The position numbers and the translations under genes were made by a program. The notes under the pieces were generated by a model. The model worked only from the letters and a program-made list of their open reading frames with translations, had not been told where the DNA came from and made no database searches. A DNA stretch of 64,000 nucleotides from Oikopleura dioica (taxonomy: Eukaryota; Animalia; Chordata). The DNA is taken from assembly GCA_907165135.1 (NCBI GenBank), contig OU015567.1:8184001-8248000 (forward strand), given 5' to 3'. Below, one piece after another: positions 25,364 to 39,831 of the stretch (position 1 is its first letter; the number at the start of each line of letters is the position of its first letter).

Positions 25364-26434
25364 TTATGCAACGTTAACATGAGGAATGAGAAACTGTAAG
25401 TTGACGTCCAGGCCGAGGAGAAGCATACAGTGAAGTAACTGGCCTTCGACCAAGTTTACGATGCAGCGGGTCGGTTTCAAGGCCTCCCCGGAGGTGAAAT
25501 CCAACAGTTTCTTTATCTTTTGTAAGGTTATCAAGACTGTTCTAAAAGTTAAAGCTATTGACTTAAAGCAGTAATAAGATCATTTGATAGCCTTGTCGGA
25601 ATTCTAACGCTTGCTTCCGCCTCATCCGGGGTCGCTTCTCCCTCCCAAACCGGCTTCTCCAGATTGTGGAAATTGACGCTTATTTTCTGCATCGCATTTT
25701 TCGTCCTAAACTGCAGCGTTCCTTCTGGATTCGCGCGAACGATCACCGTCTTGCTCAAGCACTTGATCTTGTCCACCATCACTCGAACTTTGCTAAGAGT
25801 GGGCATGAAGATCGACATGTTGAATTTTGGCATAAGCGGCTCCTTGTAATCTGCCCAGAACTTTTTGGAAACAACTTTTATCGGGATCTCGCGAGAAACG
25901 ACCATTTTTCGTCCGGTCTTGACTTGCTCGAATTGAATTTGAAAAGCGAGGACGGGATTTCCAGTGTTGGCCATTTTTGTTTGATTTTTTGCTCCTGGCA
26001 CTACTTCTTTGCTAGAATGAACGATTTTGAATGTGGGGTCGAAAACTGATTCTACCTGAGTTTCATTTTCAAATCTCTGGGACAAACCTTCTCCTGATTC
26101 CCGAATTCCAACGCGCGGCAAAGATCTGCAGCAGAAAGTTCTAGCAATATTTCATGGAATAAGGCGGTTAAAATCTAATCAAACCTAGGATAATTTCATC
26201 CTCATCGAATCCCGGAGCGACATATCCTTGATAAATATATTCCGTGAATAAGGACTTTGTCTCAATATCGCACCAGAGAACTCCTTCTTCTGAAGCAGAA
26301 ACTGATTGAATCAGGTAGACTTTCTTCTTGCTCAATCGCAAGATGGTTTCATTTGATAGTTTTGCAATAACGGCGGCAAGCTGAGAAAATGTAATTATCT
26401 TCGTTGTCTTCTCGATCTTCGCTCGGAATTTCAT
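25364..26434 (-). CDS. HUS1: Checkpoint clamp (9-1-1) component HUS1
   Basis: MKFRAKIEK..IAKLS..TILRLS..GVLWCDIE N-terminus; REIPIKV, SIFMPTLSKVRVMVDKIKCLS, and C-terminal IKKLLDF..VNLQFLIP match HUS1. One junction near 25520-25610 is not resolved. Confidence 0.92.
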
Positions 26435-26488
26435 TCTAAGTACACCCAATGTTATATAAGAGAGATAACTAATCATCTATCAAGCTCG

Positions 26489-27144
26489 TTACGAGATAAT
26501 TGGAAGGATAAGTTCATCATTAAATATATCAGGAAAGAAGCTTAGATCGCAGTCTTCTAGCATCCATTCTAATTCGGCGAGACGCCGCATGTTAATCTGC
26601 CGAAATCGCTCTAATAGAGGGACGATACGTGCACTTCCAAACGATACTTCACTTTGTTCAACAGGTGGTTCTTTTGATAGAGCTTCTACTTGCTCGTTGA
26701 ATGCGTTTATCAAAGGTTGATATCGATCGATTAACTTCATGATCGCTTGAATTTCTCGTCAAGGATTTTTACAGAGGAAAAATAATGAAAAGTTACGATC
26801 GAAGATTTTATTCAAGCTGCGATTTTTTGACCGAAAATAGGAAAATCCCTGGCCATATCCTTCTCAGCTATCAGTTTTCCGATTAGACCTTGGTCTATCT
26901 CAATTATGAAATCAACCGGGTCATCCTCATCGTCTTCCGTTCTGAAGTCTGTGATCTTTAACCCCTCCAGGACTCTTCCTTCTTTTGAACTTTTCATCAC
27001 ACTTTCCAGTTGCTCATCAAACGATTCGATCATGCTTACAGATGCTCTTATTTCTTTCTCTATGTCTCCCCATGCTTTTGCTAATGATACTGCCGATTTC
27101 CAAATGTCTTTGGCGTTTTCAGGCACAAATTTTGTACAATTCAT
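26489..27144 (-). CDS. Helical protein of unknown function, weak resemblance to C1orf109/AIRIM
   Basis: Two ORF blocks (26812-27144, 26489-26740). AWGDIEKEIRASVSMIESFDEQL, RDFPIFGQKI and SARIVPLLERFRQI loosely recall C1orf109 blocks from memory. Stop is 55 nt upstream of the HUS1 ATG. Confidence 0.5.
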
Positions 27145-27378
27145 TTGAGTCTGAAAAACATACCGATGAACACAATTTCTTGTCTAATACCCGGCTTGAA
27201 ATGGGCAAGTTTGAAAGGCAAACTGTTGTTTATTTCAGTAGGCTACAGAACATACAGGTAGAGGCGCCGCATTTTGACGATGGGCGCGCAATTTTATCTT
27301 TTGAACTTTGAACTTGAGAGAATCACAGGAAGATCACATGTCATGACACACATAAGTTATTATTCTAGAGGAAGACCT

Positions 27379-28847
27379 TTACTTGGTAACTTCGTGGATG
27401 GCGTTGGCCAAATAGTCGACGTTCTTTGACGAGATACCAGCGACGGAGATTCGACCGTCCTAGAATTATTGTTGGTTTGGGAAGGAGAAGGGTGAAGTTA
27501 CCTTGGTGAGATAGACGTGGTGGTCAGCGGTGAGCTTAGCAACCTGCTCGGGCGAAAGACCAGTGAAGCAGAACATACCGATCTGGTTGGTGATGTGATC
27601 CCAGTTGTGAGGGTTGCCTCGGCTCTGAAGCAATTTTAGTTTCAAGAAAGAGTTTCGAATATTTAACCTCGATGCCAGCCTTGAGCTGAGTTCGCATGGA
27701 GATGATTCGGTCGGCCATTCCCTTGACGTCGCCGCTGAACTGGGCGTTCAAGTTGGGGTCGTTGAGGATCTTGGAGGCGATTCGAGCACCATGGGCAGGT
27801 GGGTTAGAGTACATTGGTCGGATCAAGATCTAAACGAAGAAGTAATGAGCAAGGATGGAGGAATACTGAACAGACCTTGATCTGGGATTCGACTCGAGCA
27901 GCTTCTTCGGAGTCCTTGCAGACAACGGTGAAGGCACCGGTTCGCTGGCCGTAGAGACCCATGTTCTTGGAGAAAGACTGAGAAAGGAGGATGTTGTGGC
28001 CATCATCGACGAACTGTCGGACAGCGAAAGCATCCTGGTCAACGGAGCCAGAGGCAAATCCCTAAATTTTCAATAAAGATTTGAGAGATTCCTATCGATT
28101 TATGTTTACCTGGTAGGCCATATCAAAGAAGACGAGGAAGTCCTTCTCCTTGCAAATGGCGGAGAGCTCCTTCCACTGTTCTGGAAGAGGATCGACACCA
28201 GTAGGGTTGTGAGCGCAAGCATGGAAAACAACAACGGAGCCATTTGGAACCTTGTTTCGGAGCTCGTCGTAGCAGCCAGCGGCGTCGAATCCGCAAGTGT
28301 TCTTGTCGTAGTAGGCGAAGTTGTCGATCTTGTTGCCGCCGTGCGTGAAAATGGGGTTGTGATTTCCCCAGGATGGTCGGGGAAGGAAGACGGTTCGGCC
28401 GCCGCTAAAGGCGTTGAGGTAGGCGGAACCGATTCGGAGGGCACCAGTACCGGAGATTGCCTGGGTGGTCACATTTCGACCGTCAGCGATGACGTTGCCG
28501 GCATCAGCGAAAGCAAGCTTGGCAGCGGCCTGGGTAAAGGCTGGGAGACCTAAAAGAGAAATGGGAAGAGGGAAAATGCGGATGGTCATACCAGTGATTC
28601 CAAGATATTCGTGGTCAACAAGTTCAGCCTGAATCTGCGCTTCGGCCTCTCGGACGCAAGGAAGGACAAAGGGCTTGCCCTGGTCGTCTCGGTAAGCACC
28701 GACGCCCAAGTTCATCTTGTTGGAGTCGGTGCATCGCTTGAAGGCCTCAGAGACGCCCAAGATGGCATCTGGGGGACCCATGGGAACATCGCTCCAGATG
28801 GAGGAGGCTCGGCTGATGTTCTGGACAATTCTCTGGGTTCGTCGCAT
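27379..28847 (-). CDS. GOT2: Mitochondrial aspartate aminotransferase
   Basis: Arg-rich presequence [16 protein letters not shown], then [59 protein letters not shown]; ends HEVTK-stop. Confidence 0.97.
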
Positions 28848-29494
28848 CTTTTTCGGCACTCTCTGAATTTGATTTTTGGAGGATAAGATAGGGAAGGAAG
28901 ATCTTTATATTTTTATAGTAGAATGGCAACACGCTTACTTAGCGTGATTGTTTCGGAGCAGACCAGGGTATCCTTGGCCAGAAGCAAATGCAGATTGCGC
29001 AACAGTGAGTAACTTGGCTTTCAGTAAACTGAAGCACTGATCGTTAAAAAAATGATAAAAATTAAGGCGTTCTAGAAGGAAGAAATGAATGAAGATAAAA
29101 AATTTGGAAACTTGAGAATGTGTGCCTATTATTAGGCTGGAACGGAAGTGGTCGTATTTACAGAAATCAAGAAGTAACAGTATTGGGTAGCAAGGCCAAG
29201 GCGTGATGATTACGGGAAGAAAGGAAAAACCCAGCGGGTGGCATTATTAGAGTACGATTACAGCTGAAATAGGTTACACCCCCCTCGAGGCAGGTTAGCC
29301 CCTCCTCGGAGGAACGGAGCCGGTTTTCGAGGGGAAAGTATGTCAAGCAAATATTCATAGAAATAGGACTTATATAACCCAATTATATAATATTCGAGGT
29401 AAGCGATGGAGCGTTAAAAATTTCAATAAGGCAAAGTTGAAATAAGTCATGTCAAATGAGATGAAGGAACTTGGTGGTTAGTCATGCAGGTCTT

Positions 29495-32533
<3,039 letters not shown>

Positions 32534-32916
32534 CTTTCCCGATCCTCATCTGAGAAGATTAAAAAGATGAATGAAGTCTGTGTTTGAAATATTTGGAAAT
32601 TTTGGAGTTCTTGGATTGAGAAGAGCGTGCAATTTGAGATTGGATGTTTTGGAGGTTTTTAGCAAACAATGAAAAGGATGAAGATTTTATTGCTCGGATG
32701 AAAATTTGCTTTTTAGTACGATTTCTTTTTTTCTTTCTTTTTAGGAGTAACAGGCAAGAGAGCAGGCTTTTAACTTAGAAAACAGGCAAGAATAGAAAAA
32801 CAGAAGTATTTGAATGTTTATTTGTTGTTTCACAATGAATGGTAAAAGAGCTACTGTATCTCTACTATCATATTTACAGGGTTCAGGGTTGCGATGAATT
32901 AAAAAGAAGAAGAGTG

Positions 32917-33951
32917 TCAAACTCGCTTGGTAGGTTTTGGCTTAGGTCCGCCATAGTACCACGCGATTTCGTCGTCGTCGGGGCAGGTTTGCCGGAATTC
33001 GTCGCACGCCTTTGCGTTCTTCATGTAAGCTGCGATTCCGTCGAAAGCCTTAGAAATCAGCGATTATTTCTGTTGACTTCGACAGCAAAATTGATTCTCA
33101 GCCGTTAATTATGCATCCAAAACCCAAAAATTACCTCGGGTAGATCAAAGTCGTGCAACTTTTTCCCAGCAACGAGAGCAATCTGTAATTTGGGTAGAAT
33201 ATTACAGTCTGCCAGGGTCATCCTATCGCCATCAATAAAAAGGCGCGATTCTTGAGCAGGATCAAGACTCGTTTTCAGGAAAGCGTCCAGTTTTGCTAGT
33301 TCAAGTACGTATCGCTTCATCAGCGCTGAACAAGAAAGTTTTATGAACAAAAATCTTGTGAATTTCATACTTGGTAAATTTGGCTGGTCGGGTTTGCATT
33401 TGATCCACGCAGAAAACTTCGCGAAAAGATCGTTTCCCGCTAGGTACGATTCTGGATGAACAGGTGACAATGAAGGGTATCTAGTTAATGACGGAGAATA
33501 GATTAATGCAAGAATGGCAGCCATGGTACTTACTTTGGAGGGGAAAGATTAGACTCGAGAAACTCTTCGATTCTTGGAATGTCAGTTAACACCTCTCCGT
33601 CAAAAAGCACAAACGGGGGGTTCGTTCCAGGCGCAATGTCAGCAAGTTCTTTCGGCTTCGTTGTTTTGTCCACAGTAGTCACATTGAACTAAAAACATCA
33701 TCAAGGGTCTCAATCATGTCATAAGTTGAAAGGTCATTCAAGGTCACGTTTTTATGTTCTGACGGTCAGAATCTGACCCCAAATGATCTCAGATCAATTA
33801 GACTAAGTATTGGCATTTTTCACTTACTGACCTGTGTACCCTTAAGCCAAAGAATCATGAACAGTCGTTGAGAAAAAGGGCAGCATCCCAAACACTCCCT
33901 GTCCGAACCAGCTTTGACGAAGAGTACAATATCGTGTTCAGCACTCGCCAT
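32917..33951 (-). CDS. CLIC: Chloride intracellular channel protein
   Basis: [28 protein letters not shown] signature, [40 protein letters not shown]. Confidence 0.95.
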
Positions 33952-34751
33952 TTTTTCTAAAAATAGAAAATGAAAGATGAAACTTTTTCAAATTCGCTCT
34001 CTTTTTTTCTTTGGAAAACCATGCTTTTTCGGAAGAGCAAATTTATCTTTTGTTCAATTTATCTCTTGAAGAAAAAAAGAAACAGTCTTTTTCAATTTTC
34101 TAAGACTAAAGTTTACTTCGGTCTCTACAAAAGAAATGTTAATCAAGGCGCTATTCTCTCTCAGACTAGTAATTTTGATATTTCTTTTTCATTGATTTCT
34201 AATTCGAATTTCGCTCTCAAGAGTCTCAAAGGGATCTCTAGTCATTCTGGCTTCATCTTCTGGCTTATTAAAATTGACGAGGAGCAGGATCAAGAGCCAG
34301 AGGGAGCCAGGATTTACGAGCGCTTGGAAAACCGAGGCCGGAATCACGCGCCCGTGAGCTCAATAACTCCCCTCTCTCTCTCTTTCAGACTTTTAACAAC
34401 TTTAAGCAACTCGGCCTTTATTCATCAATAAATGGATCGGCTCCAGATCAGAATAAAGTCATGAATAGTTACCTTTTATTATTCAGCTTTTTTCTTAGAA
34501 TTAATCGTATCGGTCCAGGATCAGTGACATCTCAAAATCTAAAATGGACTTTTTTTTATAGAATCATATAATATCATAATGATATTTTAATATATTCATA
34601 TACTGTTTATAAATGAACAATTAAAAACTTTTGGAAACTGAAAAAAAGGAAAGATATGAAGAAATCAGACAGATAAACGTATTCTTGCACAGATAACATA
34701 ATGAGGAAGTCTTATCGGTAAAATTAGAACGCATTCTGCTACATGTGGCCA

Positions 34752-35860
34752 TTAGCTTCGCATCAAAGGACGATCCACAAGCTCTATCGACGATTTGAGA
34801 TGGATATCGAAAAGATCTGAAAGAAAAAGAATAGTTTTTCAATCGAAATAGACGAGAATAACCTGCTCGAATAGGCATTTCCAAGCTATAAAATGGATTC
34901 TTCAGGGCATAATCTGAGTAGATTTCGTAACACTTTTCGAGGAAAGATTCTGCTCGCTCATCGGTTACTCTTGTGTCTGTCTGGCAACTAAAATGCATTT
35001 ATCAATTGATTGTATCCGCCTCTATCATGATCGAGTTTACGCTTGTCTTCGGACAAAATCTCCAAATATTAACATGGAAGAACTGAGGGTCAATTTATGG
35101 ATGGTTGCATCATAGATATGATATCTAAGATATCATCAACCGACGGTCATTATTCAAGAGATTCTCTTTATCAATTTCAATAGGTCTATCTAGAGCAGTC
35201 TATCCCCTCTTTCAACGCATATTCTTTTTCCTCCTGTTATTTTAAATAGTCATCACTTACATAAATTTCGTCCCTGTAGGAGACTGGAAGCAGAAAAATT
35301 TAAAAGATCCACAATCCATCGCTTTTATTCCCGAGCTGCCGGTCATAGGAGAAAGCTGGCACGAAAAGGCGAAAACGGTATGGAAAGTCGAAGCCATGAT
35401 GATTTTCTCATTGCTGCTCATTTTGGGAAGTCCAAAACGAAGATTTACTTTTATGGCGCGTTTTCGTGGAAACTCTCTTTTTCATTTTAAAAGCTGCAAA
35501 TTTAAAGACGTTAAAGGCGCCCGTTGCCTGGGTAGTTGGCTTTGTCCGCGAGAAGGGTTAGCACAGGGGTGCCAGTTTGGGACCCGTCGCGCACAACCGT
35601 CCCGGAAACCTCTAAAATCAATGTTATAAAAACGAGAGTAGATTCTCCTTACCATGCTCATTGTAATTCAACAAAACTTGACCCGTTTTGATTCCATCTT
35701 GCTCGCCGTAAACAACCTCAATTTTGCCATCAACGACATCCAACTCAAAAGGCAGAGGAAAGCCCAAAGTCTGCTCAACACTTGGACATGCTGCTGCGTT
35801 GTCGTATGAATAAATCAACCCTCCTGATTTCGAAACGATGAAAAACCGATCTACAGGCAT
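34752..35860 (-). CDS. TRAPPC4: TRAPP complex subunit 4 (Trs23/synbindin)
   Basis: [78 protein letters not shown]. Confidence 0.95.
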
Positions 35861-35953
35861 CTGACAGTAGTAGTTACAGTACAATCTTAAGAATTCGAGG
35901 ATTCAATAAGTTGCTCTTGTCAAATTTTAACAATTGAAATGTTCGATTTACAG

Positions 35954-36680
35954 TCAGGCAGATTTAACTTTCTCTTCTTGGTTCTGCATAAGTGTATTTA
36001 ACCTCTCAGCGACTTGATCAGCTCCCATGGGCCTGTGCCACGGTGCCGAGTACCGCGGATTGTCCTTAATTAGCCGCTTGTCTCCAACCTGGCCCATAAT
36101 AAATTTCATTTGTCGCAAATTGTACGGCCACACTTTTTCGCCTCTCTGAAGATTTTCAAATATCTCTCTGAAGGAAAAGAACAGGGACGAACCTTTGTCT
36201 CCACCCATAATACTTTGCTATCTGGATAAGCGGCTGGGTCAAGTTTGGGATCTGGATGGAGAATGACGACTTTTGGATCTTTCTCGTGACGCACCCAGGT
36301 CATCGTGTTGCCTGTTCCAGCCATTGATTTTAAGGTGACCCAGTACCACTGCTTCCGATTTTGACCGGGGACGCCATAATTCTTTGCCTAAATAGAAATT
36401 TTTATGGTAAATTTTTGGAATAATGTAACATTATTAATGTTGCTCGTAAAATGATTCTTTATCTATGTCTAAAAATATAACTTATTGGATTCTACCAGTA
36501 TAAATTGATAGCTAAAATCTAATCAGAAGAAACTTCAGCTCTACTTACAGTAATCAAAAATCCAAAAAAATGGTCTTTTCATACCTTTCCTGCATTAGCT
36601 TTAGCCAAATTCGTCGAAACGGAAATATTTCTCGCTGGAACTGAAAGCGACGATCGAAAACTTCCGATTATCCGATTCAT
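35954..36680 (-). CDS. MRPL33: Mitochondrial ribosomal protein bL33m-like with C-terminal extension
   Basis: Presequence MNRIIGSFRSSLSVPARNISVS, then VTLKSMAGTGNTMTWVR..KVVILHPDP..KVLWVETK (bL33 pattern VRLxSxAGTG...YDP..VLFxE); ~70 extra C-terminal residues. Confidence 0.65.
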
Positions 36681-37120
36681 TTTCTTCTGAAAATTGCTCT
36701 CTCAATTGAAAAATCGACGAAAAGGATGGAGAGTTGGAAATCTTGACAAACGCGCGGAGCTGATTGGCCGGGCGCGTTAATTTCTTTCTCGCGAACTCGG
36801 TAAGGCGCACTTTTTCCGGTGTTTCCGGGCTACAGGGAGAGTTACAGGCATAGGCTATGCCGCATAGCTTACGGTAGTGTAATCTTTTATGAGAAAGAAA
36901 AGCTTATTTTGCCTTTAGAGGAGGAGAATAACCAAAAGTTATGTAAAATAAATTAACTTTTCGCTAGAATAAATTTTATTCGTGATATTACAGTAGATTC
37001 TAACAGTAATCCTTTTCAAATTCAATTCAAATATTTGACTTCAAATTGCACCAATGATTTCTCATAGCGGGTCAATTTTAGGCAAACCTCTTCAGACTGA
37101 ATTCTGACTGCAAAGACAAG

Positions 37121-37787
37121 ATGGTTCAAGCGTGGTTTTTCGATGAAAAAGTGGCGAATCCAAGAGAACCGTGCCAACTGGAAAATGTCGCACTTGACGT
37201 CGTTGAAGGTATTTTCAATTATTGACTTTTGATGAAGGCTTTTATTTTAGCGCTTGGATGCAAGCTTTTCAAATTCGACGCAGCGAACAAGTCTTCTTGC
37301 CCAAATTTGGCGAAAATCGTCAAAGATCAAAACTACAACTTTCAAGATGAAATCACCGTCTCTCCAACTACTCTTCCCGATTACGAGAAAAAGGTTCAAA
37401 TGTTTCTGGAAGAGCACATTCACGATGACCCAGAAGCGAGAGGATGTCTTGACGGGAGCGGCTATTTCGATGTTAGGGACAAGAATGACAAGTGGATCCG
37501 AATTTTGGTCGAAAAGGGAGACCTGCTCATTATCCCTGCTGGAATCTACCACAGGAACGGAAATATAGACTTTTGAAATATTTGTAGTGTTCATTTTTAT
37601 GCTTGAATCTTTATAGTCAAGAGTAAGTGCTTATTTTCTTGTAAGATTCGTCCCAGATCTGAAAGACTTCATCGTAGCTATACGATTTTTTGAAGGCAAC
37701 CCAGTTTGGACCCCGATAAATCGCGCAAACAACGAAGAAAACATCCAAAACATGCCGATTCGACAAAAATATCTTGCTTCTCTTTGA
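37121..37787 (+). CDS. ADI1: Acireductone dioxygenase (methionine salvage)
   Basis: MVQAWF..; metal site [54 protein letters not shown]. Introns ~37210-37250 (GT-AG) and 37555-37645 (GA-AG). Confidence 0.97.
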
Positions 37788-38069
37788 AAAAATTTTTGAA
37801 CCAAAACCTCGCTTTTCTTAATCGAAAAATCTCTGTTCCAATTTTTCTCTCGCTCTTTTAAGTATTGAATATACTGTATTTAATTGTCTTTTATGCTCAA
37901 ATTGAGTTACGATAACGAAGTCTTTCTGATGATTTCTATTAAAAAATTGTCAAAACAGAATTTATCTATGATGATTTATTTAATTAATGCTGGCATAAGC
38001 GGATATTGAATCAGACTTTAAATTATTATACAGAACATAAAGTTGAGTTTCGTTGGAAAACGGGAATCT

Positions 38070-38342
38070 TCAGTATTTGACATTGAGTTGTTCAGTGTCT
38101 TTGATGAATTCTAGCGTGAATTTCATCAAACTCGAGAGAGAGGAGGAAACATCTACAGGTTGAGTGGTGTGATGATATTGAGAGAATCTATCAGATCGGG
38201 CATAGTAGTCCTGGAGATCTTTTTGGTGATTGCTGTCGCTTTCGAAACTGTCGAAGGAAACGTTTGAGCTAGTGTCTTCATTGCTGCATGTTTCATTGAT
38301 GACGGAGTGGAAGATTTCATCGACGCTGGAGTAGCCTGACAT
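38070..38342 (-). CDS. Intronless 90-aa Ser/Asp-rich protein of unknown function
   Basis: ATG-initiated ORF preceded by a CAAACAAAACAAACAAAC leader and a TATATAAAA box ~70 nt upstream; no family recognised. Confidence 0.55.
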   Translation of the reverse strand: MSGYSSVDEIFHSVINETCSNEDTSSNVSFDSFESDSNHQKDLQDYYARSDRFSQYHHTTQPVDVSSSLSSLMKFTLEFIKDTEQLNVKY

Positions 38343-38408
38343 GTTTGTTTGTTTTGTTTGAGATAAGAGTGTGAAGCTTGTTGTGATGATTGTTGTACTA
38401 CAGGGCTG

Positions 38409-38417
38409 TTTTATATA
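38409..38417 (-). promoter_or_regulatory. Candidate TATA box for the 90-aa ORF
   Basis: TATATAAAA on the minus strand, 67 nt upstream of ATG 38342. Confidence 0.5.
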
Positions 38418-38994
38418 CTATCAGAAGGGGACAATTATGGAGCGCGCGGGAGAACAGGGTCGGAGGCGGTCGAGAGTTACATCTTTTTTTTATTCAATTA
38501 ATGTTCAGCAATAGAGATACATGTATGTTGATGATGTCAAATTTTTATGTTACTTGTACTGTCATGTTATGAAGCTATAGCCTATAGTACTTATCAGATC
38601 TCTTCGCATTTTATGAGTTCTTTTGCGCTCAGGCAATAAAGGATTCTCCCTTTTATATCCTCTTCTGTCTTGAATACAACTTCTATCCTGCACGTATTGT
38701 ATAATTCAAAGGAATATGGCGTAAATTATATAAAGAATGTAAACGTATTATATACCAATTCGAAAAACAAAGACGACCGTACCTATAATATAAACCTATC
38801 GAAAAGTTTCGTCTACGTATGAAAATGAACTTTGCTGAAAGGGCAACGGTCCATTTCCTTGTGAAAATGTTGGTGTGCGAAAGTATTTATGCGGAAATTC
38901 CAAAGACAAATACTAATAAAAAGCGCCATGGGAAGCGAAATGCCGCAAAAGGCAACAACCAAAAATCTGACGAACGGAATATCTTAGAGATTCA

Positions 38995-39745
38995 ATGAAG
39001 CTCGGTCTTTTAGGTACATTCTAGTCTTTACTGCTACTGTAGTTATGTTGAATGTCTTCAGGTTTAATTGGTGGAAGCATCGCAGCTCCAGCGGCTTCGC
39101 GACAGATTTCCATCCAAGTCCAGACTCGGGACAACGGACCAGGCTCTATCAATGTGAATAGCAACGGAGAAGAGTACTCAAGAGAATGGGAACAGCTCAC
39201 TCCCGACGTCAGCGAAGAAATCAACGAACAACTCGATGCGATGGGCCTCGGAGGAGGGTTCTCTGACGGTCAATTTCAGGTCCCGGTCGAATAAAATAGT
39301 CATATGTTTTATCGAGCGTCCTTTTCGATCACCGAAATAGTTCGAAGCTCCAAACTTCCCGGCTCTTATCGCCGATGTAGCAAGCAACAATGGAAATGCC
39401 GTATCGTCCTCGAAAACACTAGAGGTATAATTAGTTACCCAGCGGTCTTTCCAAATGAATTATTCATTCAAATTCAATTATTCAATAAAAAAACAGATAA
39501 TTAACATCATTTTCAGTTCTCAGTGAATAATGCTGAGGATTTTGCAGCTGAGTTTGAGCAACAGGTGATTAAATACTTTCCAGAAGTATATTTCAAACAT
39601 ATGTCTATCTTTTCACTGACTGAGATAATTGTAAACCTAATTTCAGGAGCAGAAAATCCTTGATTGGGTCCGACAGTATTCTGAAGATTTCTACAATACT
39701 GTGAAGGCTCAGCTTGACCAAATCGGATCTAGCCTCGACTCTTAG
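38995..39745 (+). CDS. Small acidic secreted protein of unknown function (5 exons)
   Basis: MKLGLLG-LIGGSIAAP signal peptide formed across a GT-AG intron; further GT-AG joins give DGQFQ-FEAPNFP, LE-FSVNNAEDF, EQQ-EQKILDWVRQY..SLDS-stop. Confidence 0.65.
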
Positions 39746-39831
39746 ATCTCCTGACTGAAATTCAGCTTGATCCGCCAATAAAAAAATCAAGTAATCAAAG
39801 AAACCAGACTTTATTGAGAAAAAATTGAGAG

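Noticed and set aside
28106-28886. Overlapping ORFs 28106-28444, 28209-28553 and 28611-28886, and similar shadows at 1596-2090, 42698-43132, 44079-44526 and 63627-63956
   Set aside because: Alternative-frame or antisense shadows of GOT2, carboxypeptidase, HS3ST, trypsin and ODF2 exons.
34137-34610. Possible small plus-strand spliced gene between CLIC and TRAPPC4 (DEEQDQEPEGARIYERLE...)
   Set aside because: A GT-AG model can be built, but the start and end are weak and there is no homology; it needs RNA evidence.
35000-35265. C/D snoRNA in the long TRAPPC4 intron (GTGATGA near the donor)
   Set aside because: The C box overlaps the splice donor, and no D box (CTGA) or terminal stem was found.
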